This document shows positions 45,742 to 55,239 of a DNA stretch of 64,000 bases, one piece after another. The stretch is from Deltaproteobacteria bacterium (GTDB lineage Bacteria > Myxococcota_A > Polyangia > Polyangiales > Ga0077539), in contig JAUXYJ010000103.1 in the NCBI GenBank assembly GCA_030694465.1, positions 91,057 through 155,056 of the forward strand, written 5' to 3'. The notes beneath the pieces were generated by a model, which ran no database searches, had not been told where the DNA came from, and saw only the letters and a program-made list of their open reading frames with translations. Position 1 is the first letter of the stretch, and the number at the start of each line of letters is the position of its first letter. Both the position numbers and the translations under genes were made by a program.

Positions 45742-47150
45742 TTAGCTCCCCGCGGGGGTGAGCCACACGTAGCCCGCGAGGCCTTCAGAGACGTAGCCGC
45801 TGCCGATCGCGCTGTCGCGCTCGGCGGTCGAGGTTGTGTAGAAGTGATCCTCGCGCAAGACCAGGCGGTAGAGCGGCACTGCGCCGCACGCAGGGCTGGT
45901 CGAGATGAAGCCCATGGGGCCCTCGACACGCACGCCCTCGCACGCGGGGTCGGCAGTGTAAAAGTGCCAACCGGCGGGTGTCACGCAGCGCATAAACGGC
46001 ACAAGCCCCGGCGCAGCGCCGCTGTAGAGATAGTAAAAATTCTCGTATTCGCGGCGAAAACCACAGCAAACAGACTCGGCAAGGCTCGTCGTGTAGAAGT
46101 GCTCGCCGGTGGACAAGTGCACCGAGCGGTGTACGCCCGTGCGGCATCCCGCGGTCTCGTCGCAGCGCCCGTCGCAGTTGTCGTCCACGAGGTTGCAGCT
46201 CTCTGCCGGTCGCAGCCCACAGCCGCCACAGTGGCTCGGGTCGGTGCGGGTGTTGACCTCGCAGCCGTTGCTTCCGTTGCCATCGCAGTCGGCAAAACCG
46301 GCGCTGCAGCTGCTCACGGTACACACGCCCCCGGTGCACGCACCCGAGCCATTGGCAAACGCACAGGCCCGCCCACATCCGCCACAATGCGTGGGTACTT
46401 CGAGGGATTGTTCGCACCCATCGCTCGCGCTCCCGTTGCAGTCTCCGAAGCCTCGGGCGCACGTCGCGACCCCGCATCGCCCCGCGGTGCACACCCCCGT
46501 CGATTGCGCAGGCGCACAGCGTTGACCACACGCGCCGCAGTGCTCGACGCTCGATTGCAGCGCTTGTTCACACCCATCGCTCGCGAGCCCGTTGCAGTCG
46601 GCGAACCCGGCCGTGCACCCCGCCAGCGCGCAGCGTCCAGCCATGCATGTGCCCATCCCGTTGGCCGGAGCGCACGCGCGACCGCACGAGCCACAGTTCG
46701 CGAGGCTGCTCGCGACGTCGGTCTCGCAGCCATCGTCGACGCGGCCATTGCAGTCGCCACGGCCGGCCAAGCAGGTCGAGTTGCACACGCCCGCGACGCA
46801 CGTGCCCATCGCGCCCCCGAGGCCGCGGCAGGTGACATCACAGTCCCCACAATTTCGGCTGTCACGCTGCAAATCTACGCAGATTGTCCCACACAGGCGC
46901 AGCCCCGCGGCGCACAGCGCGGGCACCACGTCGGCCGACTGTGCGTCAAGAGGAGGCATGACGGCGACGTCGCCGGGGGGCATCACGCGGTCCATCGCGA
47001 AGCCGTCTTGCCCGAGCGCCGCGTCGGTCTGTCCGTCGCTGCGCACGACGTCGGGCCCGGCGGGATTGACACCGATCGCGCAGCCCGCGGACATGAGGGC
47101 CAGGACGCTTACGCGCGCACGCAGAGAGAGTACCGACGAGAGGCTCATGG
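45742..47150 (-). CDS. Cys-rich repeat lipoprotein (HCGxCG / GF.DC.G...GCE repeats) with C-terminal HFYT-motif repeats
   Basis: Real start at Met with lipobox LMSAGC, about 47150. The ORF tool extends to 47958 but that part overlaps the + strand hydroxylase gene. Four 45-aa Cys repeats; three HFYTT/HFYTA motifs at the C-terminus. Confidence 0.55.
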
Positions 47151-47205
47151 GGAGAGATAGTAGTTTGCTCTTCGCGTGAGAAGCCACTGATCGCCGGGCG
47201 CGAGT

Positions 47206-48360
47206 GTGCGAGCATCGCTTTGGGCGACCATGCAACTTGACGCATCGGCTTACTACGCGCTGGGGGTCCCGTTTGCGCTGGGGGTGGCAGCCTGGGATCA
47301 CCGCGCGTGTCGCAAGCGGGGTGAGCGTGGGTGGACCGCGAGCTCTGCGATTTCGCACCTGAGCACGAGCATGGGCGAGGTGCTCTTGGGGCTGTTTTTG
47401 GCGCCGTTTTTGTTTTGGATCTATGGGTTTGCGCTCACCCATTTTGCGCTCGTTCGGTGGGCGCCAGGCTCGGTGGCTCCGTGGGTGCTCGCGTTCTTGT
47501 TGGGTGACCTCTGTTACTACCTCAACCACCGCGCGGGGCACCGCGTAGGGCTGCTCTGGGCCGTGCACAGCGTGCATCACCAGAGCGATGAGTTTCACCT
47601 CGCGATCGCGCTGCGACACCCGTGGCTGAGCGACGTGTTCGCGTGGCCTTTTTACGCTCCGTTGCCCTTTCTTGGCGTGCCCCCCGAGCACTTCTTTCTC
47701 GCGATCTCTGCGATCTCGTACTACTCGCTCTCGATCCACTCGCACACGTTCGCGTGGCACGGGCTCTGGGCCTTTGTCACACCGCGGACACACCAGCTCC
47801 ATCACTGCCAAAATCGCCCCTACGTGGGCCAAAACATGGGCGCGATGTTCACCCTCTGGGACCGCGCGTTTGGCACCCACCGTGACCCAGACCCCGCGAT
47901 CCCGCCACGCTTCGGGACCGCGCGAGGCTACCAGACCCACAACGGCGCACGTGCTCAATGGCTGCCGATGCGCGAGCTTCTGTGGGTCGCTGCGCGAGCC
48001 CCCTCGTGGCGTGAGCGCGCGAAGGTTGTCCTTGGCCCGCCGGGTTATCTCCCGCCCGGGGTCACGCTGCCCGCGCCCTCTGTGGCCTCGCGCGACGACG
48101 AGATCCCGCTGCGTGTGCGCGTGTACGCGGTGTCACAGTTTGTCATCGCGTCCGTGTTTGCCCTGTGGATTCTCTGGTTTCGTGACCATCACAGCTGGCG
48201 CCTGCGCGCGCTCGGCACGCTGTGGCTTATGTGCACACTGTACACACTCGGAGCTCTGCTCGACCAAACACCACGCGCAAAGTCCCTCGAGCGCGCGCGG
48301 ATTGCGCTCACCGCACTCTTGCTTGTAGGCTGGTATTTATCAGCACATTTGCGATTTTAA
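47206..48360 (+). CDS. Fatty acid hydroxylase / sterol desaturase superfamily membrane protein
   Basis: His boxes HRAGHR, HSVHHQSDEF, HQLHHC; polytopic; extra C-terminal TM region. Confidence 0.7.
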   Translation: MRASLWATMQLDASAYYALGVPFALGVAAWDHRACRKRGERGWTASSAISHLSTSMGEVLLGLFLAPFLFWIYGFALTHFALVRWAPGSVAPWVLAFLLGDLCYYLNHRAGHRVGLLWAVHSVHHQSDEFHLAIALRHPWLSDVFAWPFYAPLPFLGVPPEHFFLAISAISYYSLSIHSHTFAWHGLWAFVTPRTHQLHHCQNRPYVGQNMGAMFTLWDRAFGTHRDPDPAIPPRFGTARGYQTHNGARAQWLPMRELLWVAARAPSWRERAKVVLGPPGYLPPGVTLPAPSVASRDDEIPLRVRVYAVSQFVIASVFALWILWFRDHHSWRLRALGTLWLMCTLYTLGALLDQTPRAKSLERARIALTALLLVGWYLSAHLRF

Positions 48361-49352
48361 GTGAGCTGTCCGCCGCAGCTTGACCCGGTCCCCGCGGTAC
48401 ACCCGAAGCAGTGATTGCCCGTCGCGATCACGCGGCCCGCGAGCTTGTCCAACGAGACCGTGGCGAGCGTGGCCTGCTGCGCGTGTAGCTCGAGATCGAG
48501 CATCTGGTTAAAATCACAGTCAAACAAGCGGCCATCCCACGAGACACTCAGGGTGTTGCGGCACATGAGCGACGGGATGGTCGCGAGGTTAAACGCGCTC
48601 TCCAGCGCGCCCTGGTACTCGTCGTGCTGTCCAGTGCGCACGAGCCAGTCTTTGAAGCGGCGGATGGGCATGTTGGTGATCACGTAGAGCGCGTCAAACG
48701 TGATCCCGTGTTGGCTCTTGAGCTCTTGGCGGTACTGCCCTTCGAGGGCGCTCTGCGCGCCAGGGAGATAGGCCCCGACGGGGTTGTGCACGAGCGCGAG
48801 GGCTCGGTCTGCGCGCCCCTGACCGTAGCCCACAGCGTTGAGCGCGCGGAGCCCTGCGATGCTCTTGTCAAACACGCCGCGGCCACGTTGACGATCGGTC
48901 GCGTCTTGCTCAAAGTGCGGTAGAGAGCACACAACGTCGACGCTTTGATCAGCAAAAAAGCTGACTAAGTCTTCGTACCCGGACTCAAACTGGATCGTGA
49001 GGTTGTGTCTTACAATCACCTGCGCACCGGCCGCGCGAGCCCGGCGAACCATCCATCGAAAATGAGGGTTCATCTCGGGTGCGCCGCCAGTGAGATCCAG
49101 GGTCTTGATCTCGTGCTGCTCGAGGGCTGCGATGCACTGCCGTGCGGTCTCTTCGGTCATGATCTCGGTGCGCGCAGGACCGGCGTCGACGTGACAGTGC
49201 TTGCACGCTTGGTTGCAGAGCTTGCCGACATTGACCTGCAAAATCTCTACGCGTTTCGCGCTGAGAGGGCGGCCATCTTGCCGCTCGATGCGTTGCGCAA
49301 ATCGGTCCGTGGGGTCTGTAAAATTGCTTTGGCCAACGACTGGCAGCTGCAT
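48357..49352 (-). CDS. ArsS-like radical SAM protein (radical SAM + C-terminal Cys-rich DUF3641-type domain)
   Basis: CNQACKHCHV (CxxxCxxC) cluster; C-terminal Cys-rich tail CFGCTAGTGSSCGG. Start set at Met (MQLPVVG); the ORF could extend to 49637. Confidence 0.6.
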   Translation of the reverse strand: MQLPVVGQSNFTDPTDRFAQRIERQDGRPLSAKRVEILQVNVGKLCNQACKHCHVDAGPARTEIMTEETARQCIAALEQHEIKTLDLTGGAPEMNPHFRWMVRRARAAGAQVIVRHNLTIQFESGYEDLVSFFADQSVDVVCSLPHFEQDATDRQRGRGVFDKSIAGLRALNAVGYGQGRADRALALVHNPVGAYLPGAQSALEGQYRQELKSQHGITFDALYVITNMPIRRFKDWLVRTGQHDEYQGALESAFNLATIPSLMCRNTLSVSWDGRLFDCDFNQMLDLELHAQQATLATVSLDKLAGRVIATGNHCFGCTAGTGSSCGGQLT

Positions 49353-49535
49353 GATCCTGTTCTTTCGAGGGCGCTCAAGCTCGACGATCCCTAAGTCAGT
49401 GAGGGCGTCGGTCGAGCCATTCATAGTGCCACTACGGAGCCCATTGGCTCGCAGTTTCGCGAGCAGAAATACTCTGGCGAATGTGCGCGTGGGCACTACC
49501 GCGAGGCGCGCCGTGTCCAGTATGGTCTCGGCCCT

Positions 49536-50372
49536 GTGAACACTCCCGCTGATGCTCAGACTCATGACCTCCTCGTGCGTGGCGTTCGACTGAGATACCA
49601 AGACGTTGGTACAGGTCCGCTGCTTGTATTGCTCCATGGATTTCTCGTCGCGGGGCGCTGCTGGAGCAGCGTCGTCCCTGCGCTGAGTGAGAAGTTTCGA
49701 GTGATTATTCCGGATCTTCCGGGCTTTGGAGAGAGCGAAAAACCCGCGGACTTTGACTACACGCGCGAGGGCTTTGCCGAGACCATTCTAGACCTCTTGG
49801 CGGGGCTCGACGCGCCCCGCGCCCACGTGTGCGGTCACTCGATGGGCGGCGCGATCGCCCTCACCCTCGCAGCAGATCATCCCGAACGCGTGGACCGCTT
49901 GGCGGTGATCAACTCGGTGTCCTACCCGTTTAAGCCACCCTTTACCGGTCGCCTCGTTCAGCTCCCGGGCATCGGCCCCTTTGTGTTTAAAAAGCTCTAC
50001 ACGCGGCCGGTCTTCAAAGACTACTTTCGCAAGAGCGTGTACGCCCCGGGCTTCGTCATGGACGAAGAGGCGTTTGAGTACTTCTATCGCTGTTTTGACA
50101 GGCCCGACGCGCGCGACGCGGCCTACCGTGCGCTCCCCGCTGCGACGGACTTGTCTTCGCTTACACCCAAGGTCACGCGTGTCCGCGCGCCCACGCTGAT
50201 CGTGTGGGGCGAGCTTGACCCGATGTTTCCTGTGAGCTTCGCGCAGAGACTCCACAGGGACATTTTGGGTAGCGAGCTGCACACGCTCCCAGGCTGCGGT
50301 CATGCGCCCCCCGAAGAGCAACCCGCGCGCACCGCCGAGCTGCTCATCGAGCACTTTTCGCAGACGAAATAG
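49536..50372 (+). CDS. Alpha/beta-hydrolase
   Basis: LLHGF oxyanion region, GHSMGG nucleophile elbow. Confidence 0.75.
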   Translation: MNTPADAQTHDLLVRGVRLRYQDVGTGPLLVLLHGFLVAGRCWSSVVPALSEKFRVIIPDLPGFGESEKPADFDYTREGFAETILDLLAGLDAPRAHVCGHSMGGAIALTLAADHPERVDRLAVINSVSYPFKPPFTGRLVQLPGIGPFVFKKLYTRPVFKDYFRKSVYAPGFVMDEEAFEYFYRCFDRPDARDAAYRALPAATDLSSLTPKVTRVRAPTLIVWGELDPMFPVSFAQRLHRDILGSELHTLPGCGHAPPEEQPARTAELLIEHFSQTK

Positions 50373-50376
50373 CAGG

Positions 50377-52572
50377 CTATCGCCGGTAATGCCGTCGCAT
50401 CGCGCGGGCTCGTTCGCGATTACGCGCCGCGAGGAGCTCTTTGGTGGCGCTCAGAAAGACGCCGTCGCACCGAGCGTCTTCGAGGGGCACCGGGTCGTGC
50501 GTGTAGCCTAGCGCGATGTACTGCGCGCACGGTGTGACTGGCTCACCGGCGCGGTCTTGGCAGCATCGCACCCCCTCAAGAAACGGTTCACTGGTCCGGC
50601 TCAGCCGCCACGGCGTTCGCTCGGTGTCCAAGACCGCGTGCACGACCGAACCGTTGGCCAGAGTGACTGCAAAATCGCGCACCCTCTGGGGTCGCCGAAG
50701 AAACGAGGTGAGACTCGCAAGGCGCCACGTGTGGGGCAATCCTGCAGGGACACAGAAGAGCCCAAACGAGCGCACTTCACCGGTCCACCACAGCTCGCCG
50801 AGCACACCCTGTGGACGAAAATGAACCGACCGCGCCCCCGCGAGGTCGTCGAACTGTACCGCGCGCAGAACCCAGGGTCCGCCTTCGCGGTTCGCAGGGC
50901 ACAGGAGCTGCGAAGAGACCGCCGGGCTGCCCTGACGCTCCACGGTCACGGCGACCCGCTCAGGCGCCCCTGGGAGCACCATCGGGTCAAACCATGACCA
51001 CCCTCGGAGGCGCTCAATGGCGAGCTCATCGAGGGTGTACCCGAGCTCGGTAAGAGGAGCCCTCGGAAAGGACGAGAGACAGAACACCTGGGGCCGATCC
51101 CCTAGCGTAAGGGTCTGCCCCGAGAGCACGACACGGCTCAAGCGCCCCGAGTGGTTTCCCAGCAAAAAGACAGTCGAACTGGGATGTTCACACGCGGTGG
51201 TGAGCGTCCCTCGGCCAGCGGCTAGCTCAAGAGAGAAAGGGACACTTCCAAAGCTGCCCGTCCCGTCCAGCGCGAGCGTGTTGCTCTCTCCCTCGATGTT
51301 CCACTGCAATCGCACCGAGTCAAACGTGCGCGTAGCCCGCGCGACATGCAGCGAGGGGTCCGTGCTCACAATCGTGAGCGTCGCGTCGCTGTCGTCTAAC
51401 GCTGGAATTTCGCTCGATCCTGAGCGCCACAAGAGCTCCGTCGTGGGCGCATGGTGCATGCTTCGAGAGATCACTCCTGAGGGCTGCGTAGCGCGCATGG
51501 ACGAGTCCGCCACAAAGCTCGACTCGTTTACGCGCGGGGTCATCGGGACACAGCAGCGTGTCTCTGTGCTCACATCTGCGCTGCACACGCGGCTGGGATC
51601 AAGCCCCAACCGGCGCACCAGGGCGACGGACATTTCACGAAACGCGCGCGGACGTGACAGTCGCAGTCTGTCTGCAAAAATACTGGGTGATAGAACCTGA
51701 AGGCTCGGCTCACTGCATGAGACCTCGACGCCGATCGGGTCAAGACGGAGCCCCTCTCGCACGAGGGCCTCGCGCTGGTGAGCGAGCTCAAAGGGCAGCC
51801 ACCGTGAGATCCCTCGTGGCAGCAATCGTCCTGAGATCATTGCGCCGTCTACGCGAGGATTGAAGATCCTCGTCTCGTACGACAGGCCCCCCGCAACCAC
51901 GAGCAACGAGCCCAGCGTGACGAGCCCATGAACGTGCGCAGCGGGTCGCGGTTTTCGCCAACTTCGAACCGCAAATACCAGCGGAATCATTGACAGAACG
52001 AGCGTCACAAGGTCTGCGATGGCGCGCCCCCGTGAGCTCGTTGTCTCTCCGAAGAGCATCGCGAGCACTGCGCCGCCGCCCAACACCGAGACAGCGAGAG
52101 CGCCCAGCACGCGGATGGACTGGGACTGCAACGAGAGCACCCGGACCTGCGCAAGAGGGGTCCACGCGATGCCCTCTTGGTCCGACGCGATGCGGCCATG
52201 AAATACCCTCGTGTGGCCAAGCTCCGTCACCAAGACGGTGCCATCACGATGCGGCGAGACGAAGCTCATGGGGATCTCAAGGCAGCTGCCCTCGCTCTGC
52301 TCGCCGTCGGTCGCCACACGTGCGGCCCCCACCTGAACTCCGTCGACGAGCGCGCGAATGGCCACGGCGCCGTCCGTGTTTTGCACACGAACGCGGAGGA
52401 CATCCCGTGGCCACGCGGCGACGACGTGTTCGGACGAGGCGCGCTCACCGAGCACGATCTCAACGCGCGATCTTGAATCTTTGCGAGTCTGCGTGTTCAT
52501 GGGCGGGGGGGACTCTCGGCCGACATCATGGGCTAGAACTTTAGCGAATTTGCGAGATTTTTCTCGCTGCAA
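50377..52572 (-). CDS. Large hypothetical membrane-anchored protein
   Basis: 731-aa ORF with internal TM helices; follows tadA on the same strand. Confidence 0.35.
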   Translation of the reverse strand: MQREKSRKFAKVLAHDVGRESPPPMNTQTRKDSRSRVEIVLGERASSEHVVAAWPRDVLRVRVQNTDGAVAIRALVDGVQVGAARVATDGEQSEGSCLEIPMSFVSPHRDGTVLVTELGHTRVFHGRIASDQEGIAWTPLAQVRVLSLQSQSIRVLGALAVSVLGGGAVLAMLFGETTSSRGRAIADLVTLVLSMIPLVFAVRSWRKPRPAAHVHGLVTLGSLLVVAGGLSYETRIFNPRVDGAMISGRLLPRGISRWLPFELAHQREALVREGLRLDPIGVEVSCSEPSLQVLSPSIFADRLRLSRPRAFREMSVALVRRLGLDPSRVCSADVSTETRCCVPMTPRVNESSFVADSSMRATQPSGVISRSMHHAPTTELLWRSGSSEIPALDDSDATLTIVSTDPSLHVARATRTFDSVRLQWNIEGESNTLALDGTGSFGSVPFSLELAAGRGTLTTACEHPSSTVFLLGNHSGRLSRVVLSGQTLTLGDRPQVFCLSSFPRAPLTELGYTLDELAIERLRGWSWFDPMVLPGAPERVAVTVERQGSPAVSSQLLCPANREGGPWVLRAVQFDDLAGARSVHFRPQGVLGELWWTGEVRSFGLFCVPAGLPHTWRLASLTSFLRRPQRVRDFAVTLANGSVVHAVLDTERTPWRLSRTSEPFLEGVRCCQDRAGEPVTPCAQYIALGYTHDPVPLEDARCDGVFLSATKELLAARNRERARAMRRHYRR

Positions 52573-52577
52573 CCGCG

Positions 52578-53030
52578 TCAGGGGGCTCTGCGCTTGCGGT
52601 CTCGCAGTGCCTTAAAGAAGCGCTGAAGGATCTGCGAACACTCTTCGACAAGGATGTCCGAAGTGCACGCAAATCGGTGATTGAGCCGAGGGTCATCGCC
52701 GATGGAATACAAGCTCCGCACGGCGCCCGCTTTTGGGTCATCGCAGCCCCAGACCACACGCTTGACGCGTGCGTTGACCAGCGCGCCCGCACACATAGGG
52801 CACGGCTCAAGCGTGACGTACACGGTGACATCGTCGAGCCGCCATGACTTGCGATCCATCGAGAGCGCGCGCAGCGCGAGGAGCTCGGCGTGTGCCGTCG
52901 GGTCATCCAAGAGTTCTCGGAGGTTGTGCGCACGCGCGACGATTGCGCCGCGGTCTTCTACGATCACCGCGCCCACCGGGACCTCGCCACGTGCTTGCGC
53001 GAGAGCGGCTTGCGCGAGCGCTTCGCGCAT
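52578..53030 (-). CDS. tadA: tRNA-specific adenosine deaminase
   Basis: HAE...PCPMCAGA CDA zinc motifs; 151 aa from Met MREALAQA. The ORF maximum to 53285 overlaps the thioesterase gene. Confidence 0.8.
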   Translation of the reverse strand: MREALAQAALAQARGEVPVGAVIVEDRGAIVARAHNLRELLDDPTAHAELLALRALSMDRKSWRLDDVTVYVTLEPCPMCAGALVNARVKRVVWGCDDPKAGAVRSLYSIGDDPRLNHRFACTSDILVEECSQILQRFFKALRDRKRRAP

Positions 53031-53059
53031 GAAGAACTCGTCGCGCTCGATCGAGTCGG

Positions 53060-53509
53060 TCACGCAGACACCCCGCGACGCTTGATGTTGTACACGCCGC
53101 GCCCCTCGGCGATCGTGTGCGTAGGGTCGCTGGGATGATAAGCACGCATGGCGGTGACCCCGACGAGGTTTCCGCTGCGAATGACCTGGGCTTCTGCGAT
53201 TAAGCGCTCGCTGCGACCAGGGCGAAGATAGTCCACGCGCATGTCGATCGTGGACACTTTGTCCGTAGGCTGGACCGTAGACCACACCGCCGCGCCGCCA
53301 CAGGTGTCGAGCAACGTCGCGATGAGCCCGCCATGCAGCGCGGGCGGAGTGCGTGTCGAATCACCGATAAATTCAACGCGAAATGGCAGCGAGAGCGTCG
53401 CGTGCCCCGACGTGAGCGCGTCGACTTCGATCCCCAAAAACGCGTTAAACGGCACCAATTCGCTCATAAACCGACGCACCTGCGCGAGAATCTCGTCCGT
53501 GATTTCCAT
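53060..53509 (-). CDS. Hotdog-fold thioesterase (PaaI/YbgC-like)
   Basis: HGG...D pattern (LHGGLIATLLDTCGG); about 149 aa from Met MEITDE. Confidence 0.6.
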   Translation of the reverse strand: MEITDEILAQVRRFMSELVPFNAFLGIEVDALTSGHATLSLPFRVEFIGDSTRTPPALHGGLIATLLDTCGGAAVWSTVQPTDKVSTIDMRVDYLRPGRSERLIAEAQVIRSGNLVGVTAMRAYHPSDPTHTIAEGRGVYNIKRRGVSA

Positions 53510-53570
53510 GAGAATCGCTGGGTTATACCGTTGTGCGACAACCGAGGTATAAGCTCGGTTCCGGGTCACT

Positions 53571-55238
53571 GTGAATCTGTTGCGTTTTGTCGTGCTTGTT
53601 GGGGTCCTCGTGTTTGTGCACGAGCTCGGGCACTTCATTGTGGCGCGGCTGTTTGGCGTGAAAGTGCTGCAGTTTTCGCTGGGATTTGGCCCACGGATCT
53701 TTGGCATCCAGATGCGCGAGACCGAGTACCGCGTGGGGATTTTGCCCCTCGGTGGCTTTGTCACGATGCTCGGCGAGAACCCCGAGGACCCAGTCCCCGA
53801 TCGCGATCGCGCACGGAGCTTTGCAACACAGTCGGTGCTTCGCCGCTCGCTGATCGTGCTGGCGGGGCCGCTGATGTCGCTGACATTTCCGCTCTTTCTC
53901 TACTTCGTCGCGGGGTTAGGGCAGACGCATCTGTCGCCTCCGACGATCGGCACGGTCGTCCCAGGACACCCAGCAGAGGGACGCCTTCTGCCTGGCGATG
54001 TCGTGCTCGCGATCAATCAACACGAAGTGCGCACCTTCGCGGATATTCGCGAGCGAATCGCTGCGACTCCGGGCCGCCCGATGCGGTTTCGCGTTCAGCG
54101 CGGAGAGCAGACCCTCGAGACCAGCGTCACTCCGCTGTCGATCAAGATCGAGGGCCCGCTCGACACTGTCGAGTACGTCGGACGCGCCGGAATCAGCCCA
54201 GGATTTACAATCCCTGTGATCGCCGTGCGCTCAGAGCGATCGCAGGCAGCGGTCGCAGGGCTTCGCTCGTTTGACCTGATATTTGCCTACGCAGGTCGAC
54301 CCGTTCGGCGCTGGATTGAGCTCGAACACTCGCTAGAGCGCTCACGCGGATCGACGGTCCCAGTGAGCTTCGCGCGACCCGTCGCGGTCAACGCTGCGCT
54401 CGAGGGGCTGTGCGATCTCGAGGTGCTCGAGCCAGGGCTCGCGATGCTCACGCCCGAGCCCGGAGAGGGCGACGTCGCGTCACGAACTGGCATCGAATCC
54501 ACGGATTTGTACGTTGCGGATGTGCCCGTTCAGAGCCCCGAGTACGAGATGGGCCTGCGGCGTGGCGACAAGATTTTGCTGGTCAATGGCGTGGCTCCTC
54601 CCTCATGGGAGGCTGTGCGTGAGTCGCTCTTAGAGCACCCCGATCGGCCTCACAGCGTGTCGTTTCGGCACGAGGGTCGAGAGGTCGTCGGAGGCTTCGC
54701 GCTTGGGTACGAGACCCTCACGGACGAGTTTGGCCAGCGCTCACGTCGCCCGAGTTTTCGAAGCAATCACTGGGCTCCAGCGGTCACCGAGCCGCTGATC
54801 CCAAACCCGCGGCTGCTGCGCTCAGCGATCGAAGATGCGTTTGCAGAGACCGCACGCGCGCTGAGCTATTTGTCTCTCGCGATCATCCGCGGGCTCCAGG
54901 GCCGAGTCCCCGCGAGCACGGTCGGAGGGCCCATCGCGATCTACGACGCGAGCGCGTCCACCGCGAGCGAAGGGACCGCTGGATTTCTGCGGCTCATGGC
55001 GCTGATTTCGATCAACCTTGGGCTGCTCAATTTGTTGCCCATCCCTACGCTCGACGGTGGGCATTTGCTCTTCTTTGCGATCGAGGGAGTGCGTGGTCGT
55101 CCGCTCTCTCTGCGCGTGCGTAGGCTCGCCGCCCTCGCGGGGCTCATCGCCCTGCTGGCCCTGATGACCCTCGCCCTCAAGAACGATCTGCAGCGCAAAT
55201 GGCAGGGCGCCGAGCTCCCGACAGTGTCTGCTCGCTGA
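53571..55238 (+). CDS. rseP: Site-2 protease, M50 family (RseP-like) with PDZ domains
   Basis: HELGHF zinc motif in first TM; C-terminal LDGG motif; GTG start. Confidence 0.8.
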   Translation: MNLLRFVVLVGVLVFVHELGHFIVARLFGVKVLQFSLGFGPRIFGIQMRETEYRVGILPLGGFVTMLGENPEDPVPDRDRARSFATQSVLRRSLIVLAGPLMSLTFPLFLYFVAGLGQTHLSPPTIGTVVPGHPAEGRLLPGDVVLAINQHEVRTFADIRERIAATPGRPMRFRVQRGEQTLETSVTPLSIKIEGPLDTVEYVGRAGISPGFTIPVIAVRSERSQAAVAGLRSFDLIFAYAGRPVRRWIELEHSLERSRGSTVPVSFARPVAVNAALEGLCDLEVLEPGLAMLTPEPGEGDVASRTGIESTDLYVADVPVQSPEYEMGLRRGDKILLVNGVAPPSWEAVRESLLEHPDRPHSVSFRHEGREVVGGFALGYETLTDEFGQRSRRPSFRSNHWAPAVTEPLIPNPRLLRSAIEDAFAETARALSYLSLAIIRGLQGRVPASTVGGPIAIYDASASTASEGTAGFLRLMALISINLGLLNLLPIPTLDGGHLLFFAIEGVRGRPLSLRVRRLAALAGLIALLALMTLALKNDLQRKWQGAELPTVSAR

Positions 55239-55239
55239 C

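Noticed and set aside
45844-47179. ORFs 45844..47160(+) and 46592..47179(+) antisense to the Cys-repeat lipoprotein
   Set aside because: No motifs; Ala/Arg-rich.
47151-47958. Upstream in-frame extension of the 45742..47958(-) ORF
   Set aside because: It overlaps the His-box hydroxylase gene on the plus strand. The lipoprotein signal follows the internal Met near 47150.
53061-53285. N-terminal extension of tadA ORF up to 53285
   Set aside because: It would overlap the thioesterase gene. The conserved TadA N-terminus begins at Met 53030.
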